Assembly (NCBI GenBank): GCA_965209055.1
Contig: OZ242374.1
Location: forward strand, 2,080,001 to 2,144,000
Direction: 5' to 3'
Origin: Acidobacteriota bacterium
GTDB taxonomy: Bacteria > Acidobacteriota > UBA6911 > RPQK01 > JAJDTT01
DNA length: 64,000 nt
Shown: one piece after another, positions 50,754 through 60,886 of the stretch
Numbering within the stretch: position 1 is the first letter of the stretch
Layout: each line of letters starts with the position of its first letter
Notes under the pieces: model-generated
The model's database searches: none
What the model was told of the DNA's origin: nothing
What the model saw: the letters and a program-made list of their open reading frames with translations, nothing else
Made by a program: the position numbers and the translations under genes

Positions 50754-51884
50754 GTGAGGCGGCTGAGAATCGTTTTCGAATCCATTCTCTACCGCAATCC
50801 TCATCCTGGACACCAGGCCGTCTGCGCCTATCTCCCCAACGTGGTCCCCATCTCGGAACGGGAACTGCTCTGTTTCTACCGCTTGGGCCAGGCGTTCTAC
50901 TCCCTGGACGGAAGGTTGGCCGTGCTCCGCTCCCGGGACGGCGGCGAAACCTGGGTCGAGGAGGGGGACCTCTGGGACCCGCAACAGGAGAGCGCGCCCC
51001 ATTCCTACAGCGCGCCCCATGGGACGCTGCTCCGGGACGGAACCCTGCTCCTGGTGGCCCACCGGTTTCGAGCCACGCAGGATCAATTGTTCCGGTTCAA
51101 TCCCGAGACAGGAGGCCTGAAACCCTTCGAGCTGGTGCTGTTCCGGTCCTCGGACCTGGGCCGAACCTGGGCCCCTCCCCAGGCGATCCAAGTGGGAGGC
51201 GGGGGAGTGGCGGACGCTCCGTCCAATGTGATCGAACTCAATGACGGTTCCCTGTTCCTGGCGTTGGAGCGCTGGAAATCGTGGGACGACACTTCTCCTC
51301 TGCACATCAGGGGCTCTGCCCTGTTCTCCCGGGACGGCGGGTCGACGTGGGGAGAGGAGATCGATTTCCCCAGTGCTTGCGACCCGTCCCGGATGTTCTC
51401 TCACAGCCGCTACAGCCGGATGTTGGACGGCCGCGTCTGCGCCCTTCAATGGACCCAGAGCATCGGCGGGCAGGAGAATTTCCCCCTCCATTTCGTCCGC
51501 TCCGACACGGCGGGGACCCGCTGGGAGACGCCCCGGCCCACCACCATCCCGGCCCAGACCAGTTGGGCCGCGGATCTGGGAGAGGGAGTGCTGGCGGCGG
51601 CCTATTCGATTCGGGAGAGGATGAAGCCGGGTGTCCTGGTGACCCTCAGCGAAGACGGGGGCCGGAGTTGGGACCTGGATCACCAGGTCATGGTCTGGGA
51701 CGCCGTCGGCCAGGAGTTTCTGGGTGTCGATCACAAGCCGGAATACCCGGCCAGTCATGACAACATCGCCTTCGGCAAGCCCAATTTGGTTCGTCTGCCG
51801 GGAGGAGACCTCCTGGCAAGCTGGTGGTGCACCCAAGCCTGCATCACCCACATACGCTGCGCCCGGTTGACGGTGGAGGAATAA
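50754..51884 (+). CDS. Sialidase-family/BNR (Asp-box) protein
   Basis: SRDGGETW, SSDLGRTW, SRDGGSTW and SEDGGRSW. Confidence 0.8.
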   Translation: MRRLRIVFESILYRNPHPGHQAVCAYLPNVVPISERELLCFYRLGQAFYSLDGRLAVLRSRDGGETWVEEGDLWDPQQESAPHSYSAPHGTLLRDGTLLLVAHRFRATQDQLFRFNPETGGLKPFELVLFRSSDLGRTWAPPQAIQVGGGGVADAPSNVIELNDGSLFLALERWKSWDDTSPLHIRGSALFSRDGGSTWGEEIDFPSACDPSRMFSHSRYSRMLDGRVCALQWTQSIGGQENFPLHFVRSDTAGTRWETPRPTTIPAQTSWAADLGEGVLAAAYSIRERMKPGVLVTLSEDGGRSWDLDHQVMVWDAVGQEFLGVDHKPEYPASHDNIAFGKPNLVRLPGGDLLASWWCTQACITHIRCARLTVEE

Positions 51885-51889
51885 ATGCC

Positions 51890-52516
51890 ATGAGAAAATC
51901 ACTGTCCGTGGGCCCGATGTTCGTCGCCGCCCTTTTTCTGCTGTCCGGGACCGTGCAAGCGGACGAAGTGGAGATCGAGAAAGGGATCTTCATTTCGGCC
52001 GCCTCCCTGGTCCGGCGAGACCTTCCCGACGATTTCCCCTACCAGGTCTTCCACGAGGGATTTGCCGTGGTCCGGGTTCAGGTCCGCAACTCTTCTTCCG
52101 CCGATGTTTTCTCGCTGGAACCGGCACGGATGACCGTGCACGAACCCAAGGGAAAGACCATCAAACGTGTCAGCGCTGCCGAGCTCACTCCCAAGGTGGT
52201 CAAGTACTACCAGGGCGGAGGCGGCGGCCCGGGCGTCAGCCTGTCGACCTCGGCCGGCGGACCCGTCTTCAATCCCCGCCAGCGTCCTTACGGCGAGAGG
52301 CGGACCACGATCGGCGGCGGCGGTGGCCCCGGGATCATCCACGTGGGAAAGGTGAAGGAACTCCGGGAACTGTTGGAACGGTACGAGATCCAAGCGGCCG
52401 CCGTGGCTCCCGGCCAAACCATCGAGGGTTTCTTCTACCTGAAGACCAAGAAGAGCGGAAACCGCCTCATCGGCGGCCACGTCCGGCTGCCCGGAAACCG
52501 GACCGTCGGCTTCTGA
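51890..52516 (+). CDS. Hypothetical secreted protein
   Basis: Signal peptide; follows an RBS at the end of the upstream gene. Confidence 0.65.
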   Translation: MRKSLSVGPMFVAALFLLSGTVQADEVEIEKGIFISAASLVRRDLPDDFPYQVFHEGFAVVRVQVRNSSSADVFSLEPARMTVHEPKGKTIKRVSAAELTPKVVKYYQGGGGGPGVSLSTSAGGPVFNPRQRPYGERRTTIGGGGGPGIIHVGKVKELRELLERYEIQAAAVAPGQTIEGFFYLKTKKSGNRLIGGHVRLPGNRTVGF

Positions 52517-52532
52517 ACACGTACAGGCCGGT

Positions 52533-54947
52533 TCAGTCTGACGCCGGCGCCACCGTGACCGAAACGGGCAGAGTCGTGTAGTCGGCCGATTCCGCCTTGG
52601 CGCCGCTCCTCCGCCTGCGGACGGCCTCGCTCTTGACCCGCCCCACGGCCAGGAGCGGGAAGGTCATGGGCTCGACCCAGGGATCCGCTCTCAGCTTCAG
52701 GGTCCGGCTTGTCTCGTCCTTCGAGATTACGATTCCGTTGGAACCGCTGTCCTCGACCCAGATTCCGGCCGGCCGGTTCTGGAGGATGAAGGGCACGTCC
52801 AATCGGAAACCGTGATTCCGTTGGATGTGAATCGTCAACCGGACGTTCTCGCCGGGCCGGATCACCGGATCGGGCGGTTCGATCCGGGGAACGATGGGAG
52901 GGCTGGGCGCCAGCGACACCAGGTTCAGCGGCTCTGCGGGGTCGGCGGCGACTCTGCTGACGGTGCGCTCCCCGATGGCGGCTTCCCCCACTACCCGGAG
53001 GTGCACCGGCTCTTCCGGCTCCCGGGCGGTTTCCACGGCCGAGAGAACCAATGTGGTGACCAACTCCTGTGGCCGGATCAGTCCCCGGGTGGCGTGAAAT
53101 CCCGGGGGCAGACCCTCTACCCGGACCCGAACAGGTCCCTCGAACCCCTCCATGCGGGCGGCGGAAACGGTCAGGGGCACGCTTCCTCCCCGGGGGACGT
53201 TGGGGTTTCTGGCGCCGGTGGCCCTCCCGTCCACATAGAGCAGGAATCCGTCGTCCAGAAAGAGCCGGAAGTCCGGCTCGGCCGGCCGGATGGTGAGTCG
53301 GTACGCATGCCGGGGTCCTCCGGCGCCCCCCAGTCCGCTCAAGTGAGCCAGGTAGGTTCCGTCTTCGGGAGGCCGGAACAGGAGGTAGGAGTCCTTCCCC
53401 CTCAGGGGGCCCCCGTCGTCGTTCCGGTAGGGGAGGGTCACGGCGGGATAGAGCTCCTCGTTCACCGGAGTGCCGGGGTCCCGCACCAGGACCTTGTGGA
53501 CGCTTCCGTTGACGGGGTGGTTCTGAGGGTCCGTCCCCAGCCAACTGATCCGCTTTCCCAGGATGCCCTGGGCCACCGAAAAGTGGTCCGCCCGGCGAAT
53601 GGAGCGCTCCAGCCGGATCAACTCCCGCCCGTCCAGGAAAACGAAATCCAGCGGGTAGTAGCGGGTGTCGTCCTTCAGTCCGAAGCGGTTCAGCAAGAGG
53701 GCGCCCGCGCCGAACTTGCTGTCGTGAAAGTCCTCGGACAACACTTCCAGGACGGCTCCGGCAACCGGCACTCCCTCCCTGTCCAGCACTTGCAGAACCG
53801 AGTCCAGAGGAGACAAGAGGCGGCGGGCCCGGACTTCCAGAACCAGGGTCTCGCCCCGGCGAGCCGGGAAAGAGAACAGGTCCCCGTCCCCGGGAACGCC
53901 GGTGCGGCCGTTCACCGTCACCGGAACCGGCACGATCTGGGCCGTTTCGGGTGCGTCGTTGGGTTCCTTCTCCCGGACCTCGGGGTTGTCCCCCAGGGCG
54001 AGAGGCAGGGTGTTGAGCGTCGGTCCCTGAGGGGTCCGGAGCCGGAGCTGGTGAGTGTCCTTCCCTGAATTCGGAGGGAGGTCTTCCCAGCGGATGGTTC
54101 TCCGGGTCCCCAGGTTGTATCCGGTGACGGCCGGTTCGTCCCGGCTCCCCCGCCTCAAACCCAAGGGGAAAACACCCGTCAGGAAGGGGAGCTCGCCCGC
54201 GGTCAGGCGATAGGCGAAGGTGCGGCCTCCCCGACCCGCCCGGTCGGAGATGCGAATCCGGTATTCGCCGTCCCGAGGGCAAGTGTAGGCCAACACCGAG
54301 TCGACGCTTCCGGGGAAGAAGTTGTCGTTTCGAGCCAGGAGCCGCCCCTCGCCGTCCATCAGCTCCAGCACCGAGTCCAGCCGCGATCCCAGGGAGGACG
54401 CTTCCACCCGGAAAACCAGTTCCTGCCCCGACTCGCCGCGAAACCGGAAGAGGTCTCCCCGGGTTCCCCGGTCGAGCCGCCCCTCGACGGTGACGGGAAG
54501 CGTGATCTCCCGGCCGCCGGCAGGTTTCTCCTCCGGCTTCATGGCTTCGATTTGGGGCAGCCCTCCCAGGGCGAAGCGCACCCAGTTGCTGGTGCCGTAA
54601 CGGGTCTGCACCCGGAATCCATGGCTTCCGATTTCCGCCTGGGGATCCACGTCCAAGCGAATCCGGACCCGTTGCCGGGGGGTTCGATAGGGAGGATTGG
54701 GAGCCGGTTCGATTTCCGTGACTGAGGCGTCAACCCCCTCTCGGCTGAAGATGAGGCGAGGCGAATCCTCCAGGTTGATCCCCTCCACGGTGATCCAGGT
54801 GGAGGCGCCGGCCTGCGCCCCCAGGGGGCTGACCCGGTAGACGATGGGGGAGGGGGAGAACTCCAGCCCGGCGGCGCGTTCTCCGGCCGGGAACCCCGGA
54901 ATCTGGAGCAGGAGACTGAGTGTCAGGCAACCGGCGTGAGTCCGCAT
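52533..54947 (-). CDS. PPC (pre-peptidase C-terminal) domain protein
   Basis: Repeated DLFxF, LDSVLxL, NDD and EKEPND motifs; in an operon with DUF1549/DUF1501 genes. Confidence 0.8.
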   Translation of the reverse strand: MRTHAGCLTLSLLLQIPGFPAGERAAGLEFSPSPIVYRVSPLGAQAGASTWITVEGINLEDSPRLIFSREGVDASVTEIEPAPNPPYRTPRQRVRIRLDVDPQAEIGSHGFRVQTRYGTSNWVRFALGGLPQIEAMKPEEKPAGGREITLPVTVEGRLDRGTRGDLFRFRGESGQELVFRVEASSLGSRLDSVLELMDGEGRLLARNDNFFPGSVDSVLAYTCPRDGEYRIRISDRAGRGGRTFAYRLTAGELPFLTGVFPLGLRRGSRDEPAVTGYNLGTRRTIRWEDLPPNSGKDTHQLRLRTPQGPTLNTLPLALGDNPEVREKEPNDAPETAQIVPVPVTVNGRTGVPGDGDLFSFPARRGETLVLEVRARRLLSPLDSVLQVLDREGVPVAGAVLEVLSEDFHDSKFGAGALLLNRFGLKDDTRYYPLDFVFLDGRELIRLERSIRRADHFSVAQGILGKRISWLGTDPQNHPVNGSVHKVLVRDPGTPVNEELYPAVTLPYRNDDGGPLRGKDSYLLFRPPEDGTYLAHLSGLGGAGGPRHAYRLTIRPAEPDFRLFLDDGFLLYVDGRATGARNPNVPRGGSVPLTVSAARMEGFEGPVRVRVEGLPPGFHATRGLIRPQELVTTLVLSAVETAREPEEPVHLRVVGEAAIGERTVSRVAADPAEPLNLVSLAPSPPIVPRIEPPDPVIRPGENVRLTIHIQRNHGFRLDVPFILQNRPAGIWVEDSGSNGIVISKDETSRTLKLRADPWVEPMTFPLLAVGRVKSEAVRRRRSGAKAESADYTTLPVSVTVAPASD

Positions 54948-57388
54948 CAGTGGTTGAAGAGAAACTCCTTGCTGGTGAGAACTCCGTGGGCCAGATCCGC
55001 CAGTCCGTTCCGCTCGGCGTCCATGATCTCGCCGCTGGAGGATGGGGAAGGAGCGGGACCCAGGGTTTCCAGCAGCTCTCTCATCTCCTCATCGGTCGGA
55101 GGGCGGCTGAGAGCGGCCCAATACAGGTTCCGGATCACCTCCTGCCGGGACCGTCCTTCAGCCAGGGACCGGCTCAGAAACCCCGATTCGGACTGAAGCT
55201 TCCGGTGCAGCCCTTCCCCGTGGATCAGGTGAAGCGCCTGGTTGACCGTAGGCTCCTTGACCCGCTCGGCATGGGCGTTGATCTCCCGTGCCGGGCGGCC
55301 GAAGGTGGAGAGAAAGTTGGAGGCCACCCGGGTGTCCGGGAGCTGAAGGGCCCGGGTGCCGGAGGGGAATCCGGGGAAGCGCTCCGGGACGCCCGTCACT
55401 TGGCAGATCATGTCCAGGATCACCTCCGCGGGCAACCGGCGGACACCGAAGCGCGAGTGGTATTTCTCCGCCAGTTCGGGCGAACCGGCGCCTCCGGCGC
55501 TGGCCTGGTAGGTCGCCGAGTTCATGATGGTCCGGATCAGGTGGCGGAGGTCGAAGCCGTGTTCCGTAAAGTCCCGGACCAGCGCGTCCATCAGGTCTTC
55601 GTTGGATGCGGGGTTGGTCTGCCTGAGGTCGTCCACCGGTTCCACGAGCCCCCGACCCAGAAAGTGGTGCCAGAGCCGGTTCACGGTGGCTCGCAGGAAG
55701 TAGCGGTTCTCCGGCGAGGTCAGCCAGGCGGCGAAATGTTGGCGCCGGCTGCCGGAGGCGTTCTCGGCGATGGGGTCTCCCTCCAGAGGACGTGGCGGGA
55801 GAGGGTCTTGCCGTCCCGGGAAGGGGACTTCGCCGCTGCGGCTCTCGAAGATGATCACGTCTCCCCGGTCTCCCGGTTTGCGCCCCACCCGGGCGAAGAA
55901 GCTGGAGAGCCCGTAATAGTCCTCCTGCGTCCACTTGTCCAGAGGGTGATTGTGGCAGCGGGCGCAGGCCACGGAGATCCCCAGGAATGTGTGGGTGATG
56001 TTTTCCGTCGCCTTGGTGGCCTCGTCGTGCATCACCCAGTAGTTGGCGGCCCCGTTGCTGGTGTTGCTCCCCGCGGCCGTGACGATCTCCCGGACGAAGC
56101 GGTCCCAGGGCTTGTTCTCGGCCACGCTCCGGCGAATCCAGTCGTAGAAGATCCGGTGGGACGGGGATTTCAGCTTGCTGCGGGAGACCAGGAGCAGGTC
56201 GCACCACTTGTAGGTCCAGTAGTCCACGAACTCTGGCCGCTCCAACAGCGAATCGACCAGCCTGACCCTCTTGTCCGGGTTCGTGTCCTCGACGAACCGC
56301 CGGGCCTCCCCGGCGCTGGGCAGGACTCCGGCGGCGTCCAGGTAGGCCCGGCGGACGAAATGGTGATCGTTGGAGAGCCGGTAGGGGGGCAATCCCAGGT
56401 CTTCCAATTTTTTCAGGACCAGATCGTCGATCCGGTTGTGGCGGGGAGCCCGGGCGTAGGCTTCGGGAGCGTGCCCGTCCGTCATTGGAATGGTGACCCG
56501 GGCCGACGCCACCTGATCCAGGCACCAGACGGAGATGTGGGTCTCTCCCTGGCCCAAGGCTCGGGCCCGTCCCGTCTCGTCCACGCTGAGGATGCCCGAA
56601 TCGGTGGAGGAGAACTTGGCCCAGTGGGTCACGTCCTCCCGCGACCCGTCATCGAACACGGCCTGAACCAGGACTCCGTGCTGTTGACCGGGCTGGAGGC
56701 GAAGGTGCGAAGGGATCACCCGGAGGCTCGCGACCCGGCGGTCCGTCGGCCGCGGGGGTGCGGCGCCCGTGGCGATCCACTCCGACAGCACCTGGTAATT
56801 GCGGGACGGCACCGTCAAACGCCGGCCTCCACCGTGGGGAACCGCCAGGGTGGGCTTCAGGAGCACGAGGCTCCGGGCGGGTTCCAAGGTCAGGACTCGC
56901 CGGCCCGCTCCCTCCCGGGTGAGAGCCGCGTGGTCCGCTTCGGGAGCATAGCCCCTCAGGCTCAGCTTCAGGTAGTTCTGTCCCGAGGCCGCCCCGTGGC
57001 AGGGACCGGAATTGCATCCGGCCTTGGTCAGAGCCGGCAGCACGTGGTTTCGAAAGCTCCACCGAACGGGTTTCGCGGACCCCAGAACCCGGATGCGGGC
57101 GCTCGCCTTCCTGCCGTCCGGGAGATGGGCCAAGAGGGTGGTGCTTCCGTCCGAGACCACCGCGATGGTGGAGGTTTCCTCCACCGCCGCCACCTTTGGA
57201 TCGGAGACGGCGAAACGCGCTTCGTCCGTCCAGTCCCGGACCGACCCTCCACCCCCCGCCGGCTCCACCACCAGCAACCGTTGGGTGGTCCTGGGTCCCG
57301 AGAGGACGATCTCCTCCGGAAGCAGCTTGAGAGCCTCGGGATCGGCTTGAAGAAGCGCCCCCGCCAGGAGACAGGAAATCCAGGTCAT
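54947..57388 (-). CDS. DUF1549/DUF1553 protein with Ig-like domains
   Basis: CNSGPCHG, FVRRAYLD, NKPWDRFVREI and CARCHNHP. Confidence 0.9.
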   Translation of the reverse strand: MTWISCLLAGALLQADPEALKLLPEEIVLSGPRTTQRLLVVEPAGGGGSVRDWTDEARFAVSDPKVAAVEETSTIAVVSDGSTTLLAHLPDGRKASARIRVLGSAKPVRWSFRNHVLPALTKAGCNSGPCHGAASGQNYLKLSLRGYAPEADHAALTREGAGRRVLTLEPARSLVLLKPTLAVPHGGGRRLTVPSRNYQVLSEWIATGAAPPRPTDRRVASLRVIPSHLRLQPGQQHGVLVQAVFDDGSREDVTHWAKFSSTDSGILSVDETGRARALGQGETHISVWCLDQVASARVTIPMTDGHAPEAYARAPRHNRIDDLVLKKLEDLGLPPYRLSNDHHFVRRAYLDAAGVLPSAGEARRFVEDTNPDKRVRLVDSLLERPEFVDYWTYKWCDLLLVSRSKLKSPSHRIFYDWIRRSVAENKPWDRFVREIVTAAGSNTSNGAANYWVMHDEATKATENITHTFLGISVACARCHNHPLDKWTQEDYYGLSSFFARVGRKPGDRGDVIIFESRSGEVPFPGRQDPLPPRPLEGDPIAENASGSRRQHFAAWLTSPENRYFLRATVNRLWHHFLGRGLVEPVDDLRQTNPASNEDLMDALVRDFTEHGFDLRHLIRTIMNSATYQASAGGAGSPELAEKYHSRFGVRRLPAEVILDMICQVTGVPERFPGFPSGTRALQLPDTRVASNFLSTFGRPAREINAHAERVKEPTVNQALHLIHGEGLHRKLQSESGFLSRSLAEGRSRQEVIRNLYWAALSRPPTDEEMRELLETLGPAPSPSSSGEIMDAERNGLADLAHGVLTSKEFLFNH

Positions 57389-58749
57389 CAGCCGCCGAAG
57401 AGCTCGTGAATCGGCTCCACGCCGATGTCGACGATGGGGATGGGCCGGCTCTGGGGACCGGGCAACTCGGTATGGAGGTCGATTCCCAGCGACTTGTAGA
57501 TGGTGGCCAGGACCTCCTGGGGTCCCACGGGCCGGTCGCGCGGTTCCGCCGCGATTCGATCCGAAGAACCCACCACCTGTCCGCCCTGAATTCCTCCTCC
57601 CGCCAGGATGATGGTGGAGACCGAGGGCCAGTGGTCCCGTCCCCCGGCCGGGTTGATCTTGGGGGTCCGTCCGAATTCTCCCATGGCCACCACCAGCGTC
57701 TGCTCCAGCAGGCCCCGGTCGTGGAGATCTTCGATCAGGGATGAGTAGGCGTTGTCGAACATGGGCCCCAGCTTGTCCAACTCGGTGATGGGACTGAACG
57801 GGGACGAGCCGTGAACGTCCCAGGAGACGCCGCCGCCGAAGTCGTCGAACATGTTGATGGTCACGAAGCGGACTCCCGCCTCCACCAGGCGCCGCGCCAG
57901 GAGGCAGCTCTGGCCGAACCGGTTCCGCCCGTAGCGGTCCCGCAACTGGTCTTCCTCCGACTTCAGGTCGAACGCCTCCCTGGCCCGGGCCGATGAGACG
58001 ATGCTGTAGGCCTGGTGATAAGCGGAGTCCAGGAGCCGCGTGCTGGTGCTCCCTTCCTCGAAGTTCCGGAAAGCGCGGTCGACCACGTTCCGAAACGACC
58101 GGGCGCGTTCCACCCGGATGGCGGAGACATACTCCGGCGGAACCAAATCCTGAATCCGGAAATCGTCCCGGGAGGGATCCGAGTGGATCAGGAAGGGATC
58201 GTGGGTCTTGCCCAGAAAACCGGCGGACTGTCCCTTGCGGGACGTCAGCGGGATGGGGAGGACCAGGTGGGGAGGCAACTCGGAATCGGCGCCCTTCAGA
58301 AAACCGGTGGCGGAGCCCAGATTGGGGTAGACGATTCCGGGAGAGAAGGCCTGGCCCGTCTGCACCAGGTAGTGGGCCAGGGGATGGGCGGGGACATTGT
58401 GGTGAAAGGACCGCACCAGGGCGTAGCGGTCCGCATGCCGGGCCATGCGGGGGAAGATCTCCGAGATCCGAATCCCCGGGACGTTGGTGGGGATGGGCCG
58501 GTAGGGCCCGCGGATCTCGGAGGGCGCCTCCGGCTTCATGTCCCAGGTGTCCATCTGGGAGGGGCCGCCCACCAGGAAGAGAAAGATGCAGTTGACGTCG
58601 CGGCTCTTGTCCACGGCGCCCCGGGCCTCGAGCCCGCAGAGGTCGGCGAGGCTCAGGCCCAGGCAGGACAGGGCTCCCGCATGAAGGAAGTCCCGTCGAT
58701 TCAGACCGTCACAGAAGGGGACCGCGCGCGGGGTGTCCAAGCGAAACAT
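57388..58749 (-). CDS. DUF1501 domain protein
   Basis: RRDFL, GGPSQMDTWDMKP, GQSCLLARRLVEAGV and GEFGRTPKIN...GRDHW. Confidence 0.93.
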   Translation of the reverse strand: MFRLDTPRAVPFCDGLNRRDFLHAGALSCLGLSLADLCGLEARGAVDKSRDVNCIFLFLVGGPSQMDTWDMKPEAPSEIRGPYRPIPTNVPGIRISEIFPRMARHADRYALVRSFHHNVPAHPLAHYLVQTGQAFSPGIVYPNLGSATGFLKGADSELPPHLVLPIPLTSRKGQSAGFLGKTHDPFLIHSDPSRDDFRIQDLVPPEYVSAIRVERARSFRNVVDRAFRNFEEGSTSTRLLDSAYHQAYSIVSSARAREAFDLKSEEDQLRDRYGRNRFGQSCLLARRLVEAGVRFVTINMFDDFGGGVSWDVHGSSPFSPITELDKLGPMFDNAYSSLIEDLHDRGLLEQTLVVAMGEFGRTPKINPAGGRDHWPSVSTIILAGGGIQGGQVVGSSDRIAAEPRDRPVGPQEVLATIYKSLGIDLHTELPGPQSRPIPIVDIGVEPIHELFGG

Positions 58750-58788
58750 TTCTTAATTCAACAATTTAGCAGTGCCTGAAAGCGGGAG

Positions 58789-60678
58789 TCAATTGCCCCC
58801 GCCGGGGTCCAAAGGCTCCATGACCCCCAGCTTCAGATGGGTGGAGTGCCGGGCCGAGCGGTAGACCCGGTGGGTCGCCCGGATGAAGTCCTCGGCTCTG
58901 GCCTTGAATATGTTGGGAACGTACTTCTGAGGGTTCCGGTCCACGAGAGGGAACCAACTGCTCTGGATCTGGACCATGACCCGATGGCCCGCCTTGAAGG
59001 TGTGGAAGACATCCTGCAGGGGAAGCCGCACCCGGGTCGGACGGCCCGGCTCGAAGGGCTCCGGGTGCTCGTAGGAATTCCGAAAACGTCCGCGGATCAC
59101 CTCGCTCCGGATCATCATCTGGTAGCCCCCCATCCGAACCCGCCTGGGGTTGGGATCGTTGTCGGGGGCCGAGTCGGGAAGAACGTCGATGAGCTTCACC
59201 ACCCAGTCGGCGTCGCCGGCCGTGGTGGAGACCCAGAGTTCCGCCTCCAACGGTCCGGCGACGGTCAGGTCCCGCTCCAGGACCGGGGTCTGATAGGCCA
59301 GCACGTCGGGACGCCGCGCCGCGAACCTCTGGTCGTCGGTCATGTATTCCCGGGTCATTCGGGGCGAGATGTCCTGGCTAAAGGGGACCGGTTTGGCCGG
59401 GTCGCTCACGTATTCGTCAAAACCCTCCTCGCCGGTTTCGGGAGGCTGGGGAGAAAGATCCCCCTGAGCCCGGAGGTAGAGGCGGTACGGCTGCAGCGAG
59501 GGGGGAGGCCAGGAATCGAAGGTCCGCCACCGGTTGGCGCCGGTCTCGAAGACGTAGGCTTCGGGGAGGTCCGCCTTGCCCGCCTGCTTCAGGTGGTGGC
59601 GGAAGAAGGGACGGATGATCCGCTTCCGGTAGAATTCGGAGGTGTCGAAGCCGAAGCGGGCGTTGCCCAGTCCCGTTCCCGGCCGTCTCCCCCAGTCGCC
59701 GTGTGCCCACGGACCCATGACCAGGACGTTGGAGATTTCGGGATTGTTCCGCTCCACGGAACGGTAGATTTCCAGCGGACCGTAAAGGTCCTCGGCGTCG
59801 AACCAGCCCCCCACGGTCATCACGGCGCAACGAACGTTCTTGAGATGCCGGACGATCCCGCGTTTGCTCCAGAAGGCGTCGTAGCGGGGGTGCTCCATCA
59901 TCTGGTTCCAGAACTCGATCTCTCCCTTCAGGTGGACCCGGTTGATGTTCGTCAGGGGGCCCAGGTCCAGAAAAAACTGGTATCCGTCCGGCGTTCCGTA
60001 TTTGAAGGGGACCAACGGTTCGGTGGTGGGCTGGGGCCGGGGTTTGGCGTGCCGGGCGAAAAAACTGAAGGCATGGGCCAGGAAGAAGGCGCCGTGATGG
60101 TGGAAGTCGTCGAAATAGAAGTCGCCAATGGGGGCCTGCGGAGACGCCGCCTTCAAGGCCGGGTGGGTGTCGATCATTCCTGCCGCCGTGTAGAAACCGG
60201 GGTACGAGATGCCCCACTGGCCCACCCGTCCGTTGTGTCCCGGCAGGTGGGTGACGAGCCATTCGATGGTGTCGTAGGTGTCGGTGCTCTCGTCGATGTC
60301 CTGAGGAGTGCTTTTCTCAGGCAGATGGGGAGTCAATTGGACGAAGTCCCCTTCCGACATGTACCGGCCCCGGACGTCCTGGTAGACGAAGATGTATCCG
60401 TCCCGGGCGAATTGGGGCGTGGGGCCCAGGGAGGACCGGTAGCGGTCCGCCCCGTAGGGCCGGGAACTGTACGGTGTCCGGTAGAGCAGGATCGGATAGG
60501 TCCGGGAGCGGTCGTTGGGCGCGTACACCGCGGTGAAGAGCCGGACTCCGTCGCGCATGGGAATCCGGTACTCGAACTTGTTGTAGTTGGCTCGAACGTA
60601 CTCCTTCTGGTCCGGCTGTTGGCCGGAGAGGGGGAGAAGGGTCCAAATGAGGGGGACCAACAGGATCGTTTTCTTCAT
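58789..60678 (-). CDS. CocE/NonD family hydrolase (amino-acid ester hydrolase-like)
   Basis: IPMRDGVRL, RTPY, QDVRGR, GISYPG and GPWAHG. Confidence 0.92.
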   Translation of the reverse strand: MKKTILLVPLIWTLLPLSGQQPDQKEYVRANYNKFEYRIPMRDGVRLFTAVYAPNDRSRTYPILLYRTPYSSRPYGADRYRSSLGPTPQFARDGYIFVYQDVRGRYMSEGDFVQLTPHLPEKSTPQDIDESTDTYDTIEWLVTHLPGHNGRVGQWGISYPGFYTAAGMIDTHPALKAASPQAPIGDFYFDDFHHHGAFFLAHAFSFFARHAKPRPQPTTEPLVPFKYGTPDGYQFFLDLGPLTNINRVHLKGEIEFWNQMMEHPRYDAFWSKRGIVRHLKNVRCAVMTVGGWFDAEDLYGPLEIYRSVERNNPEISNVLVMGPWAHGDWGRRPGTGLGNARFGFDTSEFYRKRIIRPFFRHHLKQAGKADLPEAYVFETGANRWRTFDSWPPPSLQPYRLYLRAQGDLSPQPPETGEEGFDEYVSDPAKPVPFSQDISPRMTREYMTDDQRFAARRPDVLAYQTPVLERDLTVAGPLEAELWVSTTAGDADWVVKLIDVLPDSAPDNDPNPRRVRMGGYQMMIRSEVIRGRFRNSYEHPEPFEPGRPTRVRLPLQDVFHTFKAGHRVMVQIQSSWFPLVDRNPQKYVPNIFKARAEDFIRATHRVYRSARHSTHLKLGVMEPLDPGGGN

Positions 60679-60712
60679 GGCATTACCTGCGTGTGTTGCA
60701 GTTACTATACAG

Positions 60713-60790
60713 TGAGCGGCGAGTTTCAATCGCGCGAAAAGGAGCGGTTTTCAACCGCCGAAAAGGAACGGCGGTTTCCAACCGCCGATC
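60713..60790. repeat. REP-like tandem palindromes
   Basis: GCGGTTTTCAACCGC and GGCGGTTTCCAACCGCC, plus a degenerate third copy. Confidence 0.75.
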
Positions 60791-60886
60791 TTCATAACAC
60801 CCATAGACCAGGAAAGGAGCGGGCGACCGGAATTCGCCCCTCCTGAACTGTATTCGCGGCGACGTCGCTGCTATCCTGTTGCCCCC

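Noticed and set aside
52435-60846. Long antisense and alternate-frame ORFs (e.g. 54920-57409 +, 58837-60846 +)
   Set aside because: Shadow ORFs of GC-rich genes with no recognisable motifs.
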